Shown here in pieces: positions 27,801-35,305 of a stretch of DNA of 64,000 bases. The notes below the pieces were generated by a model. That model saw only the letters and a program-made list of their open reading frames with translations. It searched no databases and had not been told where the DNA came from. The DNA is from Haliotis rubra (taxonomy: Eukaryota): assembly GCF_003918875.1 (NCBI RefSeq), contig NW_025765359.1, forward strand, positions 682,001-746,000, in the 5' to 3' direction. The position numbers and the translations under genes are program-made. Numbering within the stretch: position 1 is the stretch's first letter; each line of letters starts with the position of its first letter.

Positions 27801-30800
27801 TGGTGCGTATCTGCTACGTTTTCTAAATTATTTCCTACCGTATCGTGCATATTTTTTATCCGTACATACGCCGATACGGCCCTCATCTGGAGCCCTGCTA
27901 AGATCATGATCACGATGGAGACTCAAGAAGGTGTTGAATCCAATCCAATGAAATATGCCTGTGCTTCATCGTCTTCCTTCATGTCTGCCTCGTCTTTCAG
28001 TTTCTGGTGAATGACATTCTCAGATACCCTTGGTAGTAAAACTGTTACATTATTGTATTTCCCTCACAATTTACAAAAATACAGTCTGTGGTTGAGGTCA
28101 CTATAATGGGGATCTGATGACACAGTGATTGCTATGAAGGGATAGCCCACAGACTGGAAGCCATCAGGAACATCTGTTATTGGCTGTTTGTTGGTCATAG
28201 TACCAACAAAATGCATAGATCATGCACTCCATCCAACATGCATAGATCATGCACTCCATCCAACAGATCATGCACTCCATCCAACATGCATAGATCATGC
28301 ACTCCATCCAGCAGATCATGCACTCCATCCAACATGCATAGATCATGCACTCCATCCAACATGCATAGATCATGCTCTACGTCCAACATGCATAGATGTG
28401 AATCAAGCTGTCAAAATCATATCTGACCGTACTCACTACTTAAATTCGGAATACAACCTCCTCCCTTCAGGCCGCCGCTACAAAGTTCCAATTGTGAAAA
28501 CTAAGAGAGCCAGTACATCCTTTATTCCAAGTACCATATCTCTCTTAAACAAATGTGAAGATACCTAAATCAAAGAATTTATGTAAATATGTTTGGTATC
28601 TCTCTAATGTGTCAGTAGCTATGCTGATGTAACACAAATTCCTNNNNNNNNNNNNNNNNNNNNNNNNNNNNNNNNNNNNNNNNNNNNNNNNNNNNNNNNN
28701 NNNNNNNNNNNNNNNNNNNNNNNNNNNNNNNNNNNNNNNNNNNNNNNNNNNNNNNNNNNNNNNNNNNNNNNNNNGCATAGATCATGCTCTACATCCATCA
28801 TGCATAGATCATGCACTGTCCAACATGCATAGATCTTGCACTGTGTCCTACATGTCAAACTCTGACTCGCTCACTTAACCTGCCACGCCATGTTCAGGGT
28901 ATGCATGCAGCATTCATGCACATAGGCAGGTGTGCCATTGTATCTGTCGATGTAGCCTCATTATGTCAATCACTGGATTGTCTGGTCCAGACAGTTTTCA
29001 TGGAGTGGAAACATTTCTGAGCGTGCATTAAATGATAAACAGAAACAAACATAAGCAGGTGACACTTAAACAAAATTCTTTAAATTCTTGCATTCAGATT
29101 AAAACATACCCTGGGTGATGAGAATGACATCTTTTAAAATTCTGTTTCATCTTCTCCTTCTTCAAGTCTTATTTCTAGTTAGTTTTTATCTTGTTTTATC
29201 TTGTGTGAATTTCATCTTTTTTTCAGAGTTTGACATGTGTGAATTTTGCTGATCGTGCTGACCAATCTTTTAATGAATGCCACATTGTGTCTTTTTAGAT
29301 AGAAATAAGATGAGACTCTTTTTTTATCATGCCCACAATAGTTGCAGGTGTGTGACAATTTTAGTTTGCTTGACTAAAATGCACAACTTAGTTGGGTACA
29401 TTTGTCAATGCCATGTGTTTTGGTACTTTATAAACGTAATGTATGTACTCATTCATGTGTTCAGCAGTAAAACAGAACTAACATGAAAAAGTATAAAGAT
29501 ATCTAAGGCGATACTTTTTAAATATAAGTTATTTGGGATGTAAAAAGTACAAAGTGAAAAAATAACCATGGAATCTCCTTTTTTGTGCCAAAGATTTACA
29601 TAAGACCATTCAAAATGGTCAGACAGAGGTGGATCCAGGATTTTGGAGAAGGGGTGCACATAAATCATGAAGTACAAACGTTAGGGAGAAATGCTCCTCA
29701 GGGAAAGATTTTTCCAGGGTGTGTGGTGTGCGTGTGTGCTTACACACCCTCTCTGTTGTTTTGGCCTTTGATCCAAGCTCCTTACAGCATTAAGCCCATG
29801 TGCTCTCTATGCTGGGACAAAACAAAACAAAAGTGGCACGCACTGAATAGGAGCTTGTGGTTTTATCAAGTCAAGGGAGATTACTCTCATTCTTCACCTC
29901 CCGACTCACTGCATATGTTCAACCATATGACCATATGAAATTAACTTTTTTGAACGGAAGAAATAAAAAGTATCGCCAAACATAAAATCTGATGTAACTT
30001 TGATTGCTCAAAATAATGTTTCTTTGTTTTCAGCAGAGCAGACAGCCGAATCTTAAGTCAGCCCATTGTCCTTCTCTTCCTTAAGACCCCCCTCTCAATG
30101 AACACATATTATTTTTTTATTTGTTTTTTAGTCAAATTTGAGTTCCCATGAGGCTTCAATATAATCTTGTCATTCATGAGATTGTCAGGTTTACCATAAA
30201 ATTTGAAGTCTATTTACATGATAAGATCCAGCAACATACTCTAAGTAGCCTGAGAGAATTTATTGTTAGAACAAATATTTTTGTAATGTATACATGACTA
30301 GTTGTAGTGTAAATATTAGTTGCATGCCTAAGCATGAATAGAAAATATATTTATATTTATATTATATTTATAGAATCTATAACATACATATTTTGAAGTA
30401 TGTAAGTAAAAAATGATTTAAAAAGCGTAACAGATCCAAATATGAAATGGTCCAAAAAGTCTAAAGACATTAAAATATATTTTAAAAAGTAATGCAAGCC
30501 ACATTTAAATTGATTCAAAATTTATGGTAACATTGATCATCTGGATATCATTCATGACATTTTTATATTTGCGGTCATTGGTCATTTCATTGATATGATT
30601 TTTATGAAGTCAGTTTGTTCAAAATATATACACTCAAAATCAAACCCATAGATTAATTGTCCACCCACCCACCTCACAGACCACCCTCTGTATCCAAACA
30701 ACCCTACCCACCTTCACTAGTCTACCTTCACCCCGGTATAAAAACTTCCTGCACTCTCAACCCAATAACTTACACCAGGGGAGTGAATCACTGGCTGGAA

Positions 30801-33800
30801 GCCATTTTGTTTTCTCACCATGAGAAAGCGTCCTGATTGGCTGACACACAAGTCGTTGAGTTATCCCCCCTTGGGATTGACTGCATTGACCAGGGAACTT
30901 CTCTGAATGCAACACAAGACCCAGGAATATTGCAAGACTAATTATTCAATATGTTGAGAGTGCTTTGGGAGTCTCACTGCCGCCAGACTTACCATACAGG
31001 TACAATGGAGAAAATTTTATTTGCTTTTGAGTAAAATGAATATTTTCATCCTGTGTCACAAATATGATAGGGACAAAACATGTTTTTAATATAATTTTTT
31101 ATGATAAGATATATCAGTATGTTTTACAGATGTAGTTTTGAAGTTTTTTAAAATATTTTCAGCAGTTTGTCAGCTGACTTAACAGTAAATAGTACTGTAT
31201 TTGTGTATCGTAACGCATGTTGTCTAGTGTTCATGGCGTAGTAGCTTAGATAAGCATGAGCACAACGTGGCACAATTGATTGTGGATATACACACACTGA
31301 TGTCACACTTATATATCCTTGTATGACATAACTCAACATTTACTTTCAGCTACAATTGTCCACATACTAAGAAAAGAAATATATTTGTTATTTCTTTTAG
31401 TGGTCTCTAATGAGTGAAATATTTTTTAAACTTTCTTGGAAAACATCTGATCTTTATCCATGTTTCACTAGGTTATTTTGATTGTCCATGAAAAAAAAAT
31501 TATTACTTATCTCTGTGATGTCAGTGATGGTTGTTGGCTGGCAAATAGTATTTCTTTTGTTTTTGGTCTGTTCTCATGTTTACTGTATTTCGAGTATGTT
31601 GGTGACAAGAGATGAAGGACAAATATTCATATTCAGACGTATTTTTGGGATATATTCTCTTTCTAAATGTAGCTCCATTAAGTCAATACTGGTAGCATTA
31701 ATTCTATCCTGAAACTGTTCAAATAAAGAATCTACTCGAGTGGAAGCAGTTGTATTCAAAGGATTATACTCAATTAAGTGATTGCTACATTTTTTTTAAT
31801 AATTATAGTCATAACCTGTGCCAAATTCTTTTCTAATATTTATAAGAATTTAGAAGTCATGTTCAGTGTATCTACAATCCATATTTTAGAAGAACCCGTT
31901 GCCCCTGCTCCAGGGAAGAAATCTGACATTGAAGTCCCAAGTTTCCTAGACCAAGTTCAAGGTCAGATTGTTCTAGATGGAGACCAGGTGACCTTCCAGT
32001 GCAGGATATCAGGTAGATATACACTTTGATATGATGGATATAAACTTTGTATATACACTGTACATACACATGCAGGTATAGAGTTTATACCATGCTACCC
32101 TGACAATTATAAGGTTTATGCAATGTTACACTGACAGATATACACTTTGATATGATGGATATAAACTTTGTATATACATACACATGCAGGTACATAGGCG
32201 GATCCAGAGGGGGGGTGCAGGGTTGCGCACACCCACCCCCCTTGTGCTGAAAGTTTGTCATAAAAGACCATTGAAACTCGGGTGAAAATGAAGTGTGCAC
32301 CCCTCCTTTTCTCAATAGTGTGCACCCCCCCTTTCTCAAAAAGCTGTATCCGCCTCTGAGGTATAGAGTTTTTACCATGCTACTCTGACAATTATAAGGT
32401 TTATGCAATGTTACACTGACAGATATACAGTTTATACCTTGTAACACATACTGACTGACAGATGCAACATTTATATCATATTATCTGACCTGAAATCAAA
32501 TGCCTTAAGCTTCATGGACTTTATACTACAGAGTTCTGCCCAGATGAGTTGTCTGCTTGATTTACGGGTCATCTCCTTACATTTTAAGTAAAAGATTCAA
32601 CATATTAGCATACAAAGAAATATTGGGGTAAAACAATATTAAGAATTTATCACTTGTGCACGATACATTCATCTGTAAAGTACATTGTTCTGGCATTACT
32701 TGACAGTTTCATGTTAAAATATTCTTAAATGGTATTGCCCAAGTATTGTCTAACACTGGCAAAATATTGTCCAGTATTGTCCTAGCATTATTCTAGTACT
32801 GTACTTTCATTGGCCTTATGTTGTTGATTATTGTACAAATATTGTCCAAGTATTGTCCTAGCATTGTCCTGGTACTTTCTAGTATTGCCCAACATTGTCC
32901 TAATACTGGTCTAGTATTCACCAATACTGTCATAGTACTGGCCTAGTATTGTCCTTGTACTGACCTACCCTTGCCCACTATTGTCCTTGCATTGTCTTAG
33001 TACTGGTCTAGTATTGTCCAACATTGTCCTTGTAGTGGCCTAGTATTGTCCAATATTGTCCTAGTACTGGCAGGGTATTGACCAGTATTGTCCTAGCATT
33101 GTCTCAGTTTTGTCATCAGACAACAGACGATAACCCAACCCTTGTTTGACCAGGTAACCCTGAAGTCCAATGGTTACGGGAAGGCAAGACAATCAAGGAC
33201 TGTGGAGACTTCCAGTACGAGAAGTCTGGCGATAGCTACAAACTGGTAATGGCTGAGGTGTTTCCCGAAGACAGTGGTGTTTACGAGTGTGTCGCTACCA
33301 ACGCTGCTGGATCAATCTCAAGTGCTGCCTCGCTACTCGTACAAGTTCCCGATGAGAAACCAACCGGTCCTGTTTTCGTCACATTCCCCAAGTCCCAAAA
33401 CGCGGATGAGGGGAGTTCTGTCAAGTTGTCTTGCAGTGTAGAAAGCCAGTCTTCACCTACAGGTATGTCACAGTATGCTTTTATCACTTATTGAAGTCTG
33501 ACCAGTGAAGATCCGAGGTAGAATAGGTCTTCAGCAACCAAAGGTGACTATGCTTGTCGTAAGAGGCGACTAACGGGATCGGGTAGTCATGCTCGCTGAC
33601 TTGGTTGACACTTGCCATCGGTTCCAAATTGCTTGGATCGATGCTCATGCTGTTGATCACTGGATTGTCTGGTCCAGACTCGATTATTTACACACTGCCA
33701 CCATATAGCTAGAATATTGCTGAGTGTGGTGTAAAACTAAAATCACTCACTCACTTATAGAAGTCTTGTTTACCCCAAATCTCAGATTCTACCTTATCCT

Positions 33801-35305
33801 GTCTTTATGCTAATTGCTATCTCGTAATTGTCCATAAATTAGCCCTAAATTTAGAATATAAATATTATAAAATTGTTATTATGAAATCAAAATATTTAAA
33901 ATAATAAAAATATAGATAATAGGATGCCAAGGACAAGTATTGAATACAATTTCGACTTGCATGTTGGGCGGAACATGAGAGGGTGACTACTGGACTTTAA
34001 TGATGTGTTTGAGTGAAAGTTTTCTGTTGTTCAGGAACAACTGAATGCAAAAATATCAAACATTTTTAATGCAAACATGTCAAACGCATACGATTGTTTT
34101 AGTTTCCTGGAGCCGCGCCGGCCGAGAAATTGAGGATACTGGACGGTTCAAATTCACCCAAGATGGCAAGAACTTCACTTTCGAGATTCCCGCCGTGCTG
34201 TCCACTGATTCCGGAGCATACACAGTAAAGGTCAAGGATGACTCTGGCAGTGCGACATGGGCGTTTTCTTTACATGTTGCCATCGACGAATCCGCAGGGG
34301 GTGATGTGGACGTTCAGCAATTTCTCAAGTCTGTCGCAGTAAGTAGTCCGTCACTCAAGTGGAAAAGTGTCTTCATGTTTTATTAGGTTGTTGATTAAAG
34401 CTGCAATCAGCAATATTCCATCTACGTCATGGCCAAGTCCTGTTGTGTCAGTTTTTGTTTGTTTTGCCACACTCAGCAATATCCCAGCTAAATAACGAAG
34501 TCATGGCCATTGGTCTACACAGTCAGCATACAGTGACATGCATGAACCAAGTCAACAAGCCTGTCCACCATATCCCATTTCTCTTTCAAGAAGCATTGGT
34601 TCCTGGAGACCAATTCTATCCCAGATAGTTATGGGTATATTAAATCACGAAAATCATCTCATAGACAATTCCATATGGAGATGCAATGATTTGTTAACAC
34701 AAAATTGATAACATTACTTAATACTGAAATTAGGGACCGTTCATAATTTATGGCTTTGTGGGTGGTTGGGTGGGGGGTGGTGGTGTGTGTTTAAGGAGGA
34801 GGGTCACCCATTTTATTCTGGGGAGGTAGGGTTGTCATCAATTTTATACACATGTACTTGTAGGGGGGAGTCGTTGATTTTGTACATGTAGGGGGATGGT
34901 CATTTACTCTGTACATAATTTGTTTTGGGGATGGGGGTTTGGGTTTGGGTGGAGTGTCATTCACGTTGTAAATGCTTCTCTATAAAACCATAAATATCAT
35001 CATCACTCCCTCAAGCCATAAATTACGATACATTTTTTTGTATTTGTGAATACACACGAATAATGTGCTTATAAAAAAATCATAGTGGTTGTTGAGTTGT
35101 TGAGTTGGGTTTTACGTCACATCGGCATTATTGCAGCCATATAGTGACGAGAACAAGGTTGCATTAATAAACATTGTAAGTACATAATCGGAATGAGGTT
35201 TTTTTTAAAAGCATAGTAACCAGTGTATATTTTGTGATGTGTTTTAAGGAAAATAGTATCCAAAATGATTTCAGTCATCAGGAACTCTCCCTTGTATTTC
35301 AGTAA
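795..35305 (+). CDS. unc-22: Twitchin (giant Ig/FnIII muscle kinase), 3' part of a multi-exon gene; 5' part lies upstream of the window
   Basis: More than 30 GT-AG exons with consistent phases encode FnIII and I-set Ig domains and a kinase closely matching Aplysia twitchin kinase as recalled (YDILEELGSGAFGVVHRCVEKATGRVFVAKFI; HLDIK; DFGLATKLNPDEIVKVTTATAEFAAPE; IPSSRYNKIRQRIKEKY). Confidence 0.96.
1165..1341 (+). mobile_element. tRNA-derived SINE family A (~170 bp), representative of about 20 copies in the window
   Basis: A box TAGTCTAGTGG, B box GGTTCGAATCCC, tail GATATTGCTGGAATATTGCTAAAAGCGG plus (AGTC)n; TSD tccttcaatgat. Other copies near 2450, 3090, 3670, 6810, 6990, 20035, 37790, 40820, 43220, 48790, 54460, 56075, 58500. 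Confidence 0.9.
1729..1926 (+). CDS. unc-22: twitchin exon, FnIII C-half
   Basis: GYIVEKREKGSTYW...EFEFRVIAVNAAGKSEPS; canonical splice sites. Confidence 0.93.
2261..2372 (+). CDS. unc-22: twitchin exon, Ig N-half
   Basis: GSEPDFVKKLQNVKAALGGEAAFSVEFKGQPKPEIYW. Confidence 0.92.
2661..2833 (+). CDS. unc-22: twitchin exon, Ig C-half
   Basis: FKNGIEM...DAGDISCELVNSLGRVSCSCNLAVL; donor gtaagt. Confidence 0.92.
3420..3608 (+). CDS. unc-22: twitchin exon, Ig N-part
   Basis: PPRLEKDIRDQKVEKGEQFKIKIPFSG...YMTLTLK. Confidence 0.92.
3950..4039 (+). CDS. unc-22: twitchin exon, Ig C-part
   Basis: TDIDDTGAYKVEISNDSGTCTAPFKLKVV. Confidence 0.92.
4498..4670 (+). CDS. unc-22: twitchin exon, FnIII N-part
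   Basis: PPSTPTGPLNVSDITKNTCRLAWKPPKEDGGAKVTSYVVER. Confidence 0.93.
5353..5482 (+). CDS. unc-22: twitchin exon, FnIII C-part
   Basis: DTSFDVQGLYENSQYLFRVSAVNEFGQGEP...AKMPF. Confidence 0.93.
6093..6395 (+). CDS. unc-22: twitchin exon, complete FnIII
   Basis: APQSPGTPEVTEVGGDFVSLTWDKP...YEFRVFAENEAGMSKPS. Confidence 0.94.
6600..6711 (+). CDS. unc-22: twitchin exon, Ig N-half
   Basis: AVIPEFSSGLRKVQAVQGKSARFECEVSGTPKPDVQW. Confidence 0.92.
7229..7694. mobile_element. hAT-like MITE
   Basis: TIR cagatgtacagataa / ttatctgtagctctg; 8-bp TSD cttga(c/t)ct; second copy 51758-52225. Confidence 0.85.
7709..7881 (+). CDS. unc-22: twitchin exon, Ig C-half
   Basis: FKGVREIYDSDKF...DVFGEDADEYTVRATNRGGSRASRAELEIR. 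Confidence 0.93.
8532..8816 (+). CDS. unc-22: twitchin exon, complete Ig
   Basis: PPKINVPPRFRDICTFEKGE...DDGPYRLQLENSLGQDSVVLKLQVN. Confidence 0.93.
9072..9495. mobile_element. MITE with ~100-bp terminal inverted repeats
   Basis: gaaggggtcgttgtcggcac... / ...gtgccgacaacgaccccttc; sits in GAT-rich low-complexity DNA. Confidence 0.85.
9635..9800 (+). CDS. unc-22: twitchin exon, pre-kinase FnIII N-part
   Basis: HPDSPRFPKVENIRDDSVVLSWKPPLNDGGSFITAYVVEKRE. Confidence 0.93.
9984..10141 (+). CDS. unc-22: twitchin exon, pre-kinase FnIII C-part and linker
   Basis: FEFHNVSGLSPNKEYEFRVVAENFYGRSEAC. Confidence 0.93.
10551..10616 (+). CDS. unc-22: twitchin exon, N-terminal kinase linker
   Basis: EFGRKVRGKYDGPKINDYDKF. 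Confidence 0.92.
10744..10837 (+). CDS. unc-22: twitchin exon, kinase start
   Basis: DDIWKKFVPQPVTVKQASVYDYYDILEELG. Confidence 0.94.
11164..11367 (+). CDS. unc-22: twitchin exon, kinase N-lobe
   Basis: GAFGVVHRCVEKATGRVFVAKFINSPYPLDK...EMVLILE. Confidence 0.95.
11813..11954 (+). CDS. unc-22: twitchin exon, kinase to catalytic loop
   Basis: LAGGELFDRIAAEDYKMSE...SIVHLDIK. Confidence 0.95.
12285..12483 (+). CDS. unc-22: twitchin exon, kinase DFG/APE; one base short at its start
   Basis: (P)ENIMVETKKSTNVKIIDFGLATKL...FAAPEIV...DMWAVGVLAYV; 199 nt where phases need 200. Confidence 0.92.
12638..12790 (+). CDS. unc-22: twitchin exon, kinase C-lobe
   Basis: LSGLSPFAGEDDLETLQNVKRCDWDFDEEAF. Confidence 0.95.
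12874..13028. mobile_element. Small MITE (GGATCCAG type)
   Basis: TIR cataggtggatccag / ctggatccacaccaatg; 5-bp TSD aagag. Confidence 0.7.
13238..13283 (+). CDS. unc-22: twitchin exon, kinase end
   Basis: KRMNVHDSLEHPWLT. Confidence 0.93.
13823..13900 (+). CDS. unc-22: twitchin exon, autoinhibitory tail
   Basis: GDHSNLTTRIPSSRYNKIRQRIKEKY. Confidence 0.94.
15100..15456 (+). mobile_element. tRNA-derived SINE family C (V-SINE-like), full length
   Basis: A/B boxes; V-domain-like GTCATACCAAAAGACGTTAAAATATGGTAC (family assignment from memory); TSD tgtcagtcc. Confidence 0.9.
16278..16380 (+). CDS. unc-22: twitchin exon, autoinhibitory tail
   Basis: ADWPQPMPAIGRIANFSSLRKHRPKEYQIYDSYF. Confidence 0.94.
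16584..16703 (+). CDS. unc-22: twitchin exon, first post-kinase Ig N-half; apparent 2-nt insertion near 16611-16620
   Basis: RKEAVPRFVRR / PRNATVPEGQTCKFDCKIIAASPPIVTW lie in two frames; 120 nt where 118 restores phase. Confidence 0.88.
17426..17598 (+). CDS. unc-22: twitchin exon, first post-kinase Ig C-half
   Basis: YKNDSLLTQSIKYMQKY...EDKGEILVRAENSFGRKEEKCKLNIE. Confidence 0.93.
17784..17835 (+). CDS. unc-22: twitchin small linker exon
   Basis: GLDAFRPPSRETTPMR; strong acceptor and gtaag donor; phases 1 to 2 fit neighbours. Confidence 0.88.
18305..18449 (+). CDS. unc-22: twitchin exon, second post-kinase Ig N-half
   Basis: RREYEDIQFEKPKEDEPPNFNFDLRPRTIQAGTEFKLICCVKAHPQPK. Confidence 0.92.
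19461..19641 (+). CDS. unc-22: twitchin exon, second post-kinase Ig C-half
   Basis: VQWSKDGRDL...EDTGRYTCVATNPLGDHETNTRVTVE. Confidence 0.93.
20521..20746 (+). CDS. unc-22: twitchin Ser-rich linker exon with probable RRPS PKA site; apparent 1-nt insertion near 20590
   Basis: 226 nt where phases need 225; removing one G gives ...VSRMARRPSRGVNIEEYEESSS... Confidence 0.85.
21092..21222 (+). CDS. unc-22: twitchin exon, third post-kinase Ig N-half
   Basis: VEVVPQFSENLSPVSLTEGERLALQCTVSGKPEPNVEWYFNGQ. Confidence 0.92.
21248..21380. repeat. Degenerate 27-bp tandem repeat
   Basis: aaagccagaatccatcccacagagtct-like units, about 5 copies. Confidence 0.75.
21585..21741 (+). CDS. unc-22: twitchin exon, third post-kinase Ig C-half
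   Basis: MMKSDDVV...DDEGTYVCKASNPAGVASTRTNVTVK. Confidence 0.92.
22765..22818 (+). CDS. unc-22: twitchin Pro/Ala/Glu-rich cassette exon (54 nt, phase 1-1)
   Basis: ttccag|KVTPSAPKPAAAPAETE|gtaat. Confidence 0.78.
24554..24720 (+). mobile_element. SINE family A
   Basis: Full-length copy, TSD tcatcttgatac. Confidence 0.9.
25053..25112 (+). CDS. unc-22: twitchin Pro/Glu-rich cassette exon (60 nt, phase 1-1)
   Basis: ccccag|QPEPVEPLPPADTPAPEPE|gtaat. Confidence 0.78.
25342..25379 (+). other. Internally deleted duplicate cassette exon (38 nt; an in-frame 27-nt version is possible from the AG at 25351-25352)
   Basis: Copy of exon 25698-25757 lacking 22 nt; flanking intron sequence is also duplicated. 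Confidence 0.65.
25698..25757 (+). CDS. unc-22: twitchin Pro/Ala/Glu-rich cassette exon (60 nt, phase 1-1)
   Basis: cctcag|QPAPVESVPPEDTPAPAPE|gtaat; paralog of 25053-25112. Confidence 0.78.
25986..26039 (+). CDS. unc-22: twitchin Pro/Glu-rich cassette exon (54 nt, phase 1-1)
   Basis: Strong pyrimidine tract; PVAEPAVPETEPESQPQ; weak donor gtactt. Confidence 0.7.
26617..26674 (+). CDS. unc-22: Probable twitchin Pro/Glu/Ser-rich cassette exon (3' boundary uncertain)
   Basis: tgtcag|PPTEESPSSPP; in frame with the donor after 26667, or with the donor after 26674 if one C in a C-run is spurious (PPEPETPVQ). Confidence 0.55.
27247..27351 (+). CDS. unc-22: twitchin Ala/Pro/Glu-rich cassette exon (105 nt, phase 1-1)
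   Basis: EESAPAPAPAPAPEAEAPAPTPEAEATQPTGGEE; donor gtaat. Confidence 0.8.
27549..27897. mobile_element. MITE, CAGGGCTCCAGAT termini
   Basis: TIR cagggctccagat / atctggagccctg; 5-bp TSD ctaag. Confidence 0.8.
28400..28568 (+). mobile_element. LINE ORF2 3' fragment (Rex1/Babar or CR1-like)
   Basis: HYLNSEYNLLPSGRRYKVP...KTKRASTSFIPSTISLLN is typical of the RT C-terminus of these clades. Confidence 0.75.
28644..28774. other. Assembly gap
   Basis: 131 N. Confidence 1.
30034..30056 (+). CDS. unc-22: Candidate alternative terminal exon of twitchin (EQTAES-stop)
   Basis: Strong acceptor tttctttgttttcag; phase-1 reading ends at TAA 30054-30056; AU-rich tail with ATTAAA at 30469. Confidence 0.5.
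30661..30810 (+). promoter_or_regulatory. Candidate intragenic Pol II promoter
   Basis: CACCC cluster 30661-30712, TATAAAAA 30737-30744, YY1-like GCCATTTTG at 30801, in an island of higher GC. Confidence 0.35.
31890..32012 (+). CDS. unc-22: twitchin exon, fourth post-kinase Ig N-part
   Basis: EPVAPAPGKKSDIEVPSFLDQVQGQIVLDGDQVTFQCRIS. Confidence 0.9.
32193..32358. mobile_element. Small MITE (GGCGGATCCAG type) inside a ~122-bp tandem duplication
   Basis: TIR cataggcggatccag / ctgtatccgcctctg; 5-bp TSD aggta; empty site visible in the neighbouring repeat unit. Confidence 0.82.
32730..33105. repeat. Degenerate short-period repeat
   Basis: Iterated (a)gtattgtcc / tagtactggc motifs. Confidence 0.75.
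33154..33462 (+). CDS. unc-22: twitchin exon, fourth Ig C-part and fifth Ig N-part
   Basis: NPEVQWLREGK...EVFPEDSGVYECVATNAAG...PVFVTFPKSQNADEGSSVKLSC. Confidence 0.92.
33501..33752 (+). mobile_element. SINE-like family B (~245 bp, non-tRNA head)
   Basis: Head ...GTGAAGATCC...GCTTGTCGTAAGAGGCGACTAA; tail shared with family A; TSD cacttat(t/a)gaagtct. Partial copies near 520, 4190, 13610, 14885, 19660, 24290, 28930, 34390, 37070, 56690, 58340, 59885. Confidence 0.85.
34103..34338 (+). CDS. unc-22: twitchin exon, fifth Ig C-part and C-terminus
   Basis: SWSRAGREIEDTGRF...DSGAYTVKVKDDSG...QQFLKSVA; donor gtaagt. Confidence 0.9.

Larger units (their letters stand above)
28210..28855. repeat. 27-bp minisatellite flanking the LINE fragment and the gap
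   Basis: Unit gcatagatcatgcactccatccaacat at 28210-28398 and 28775-28855. Confidence 0.9.

Noticed and set aside
28164-28426. His/Cys-rich repeat ORFs (CIDHALHPT)n
   Set aside because: Translation of a 27-bp minisatellite fused to a LINE fragment.
795-35305. Twitchin as a pseudogene
   Set aside because: Only a few 1-2 nt indels in short repeats; splice sites, catalytic motifs and codon bias are intact.
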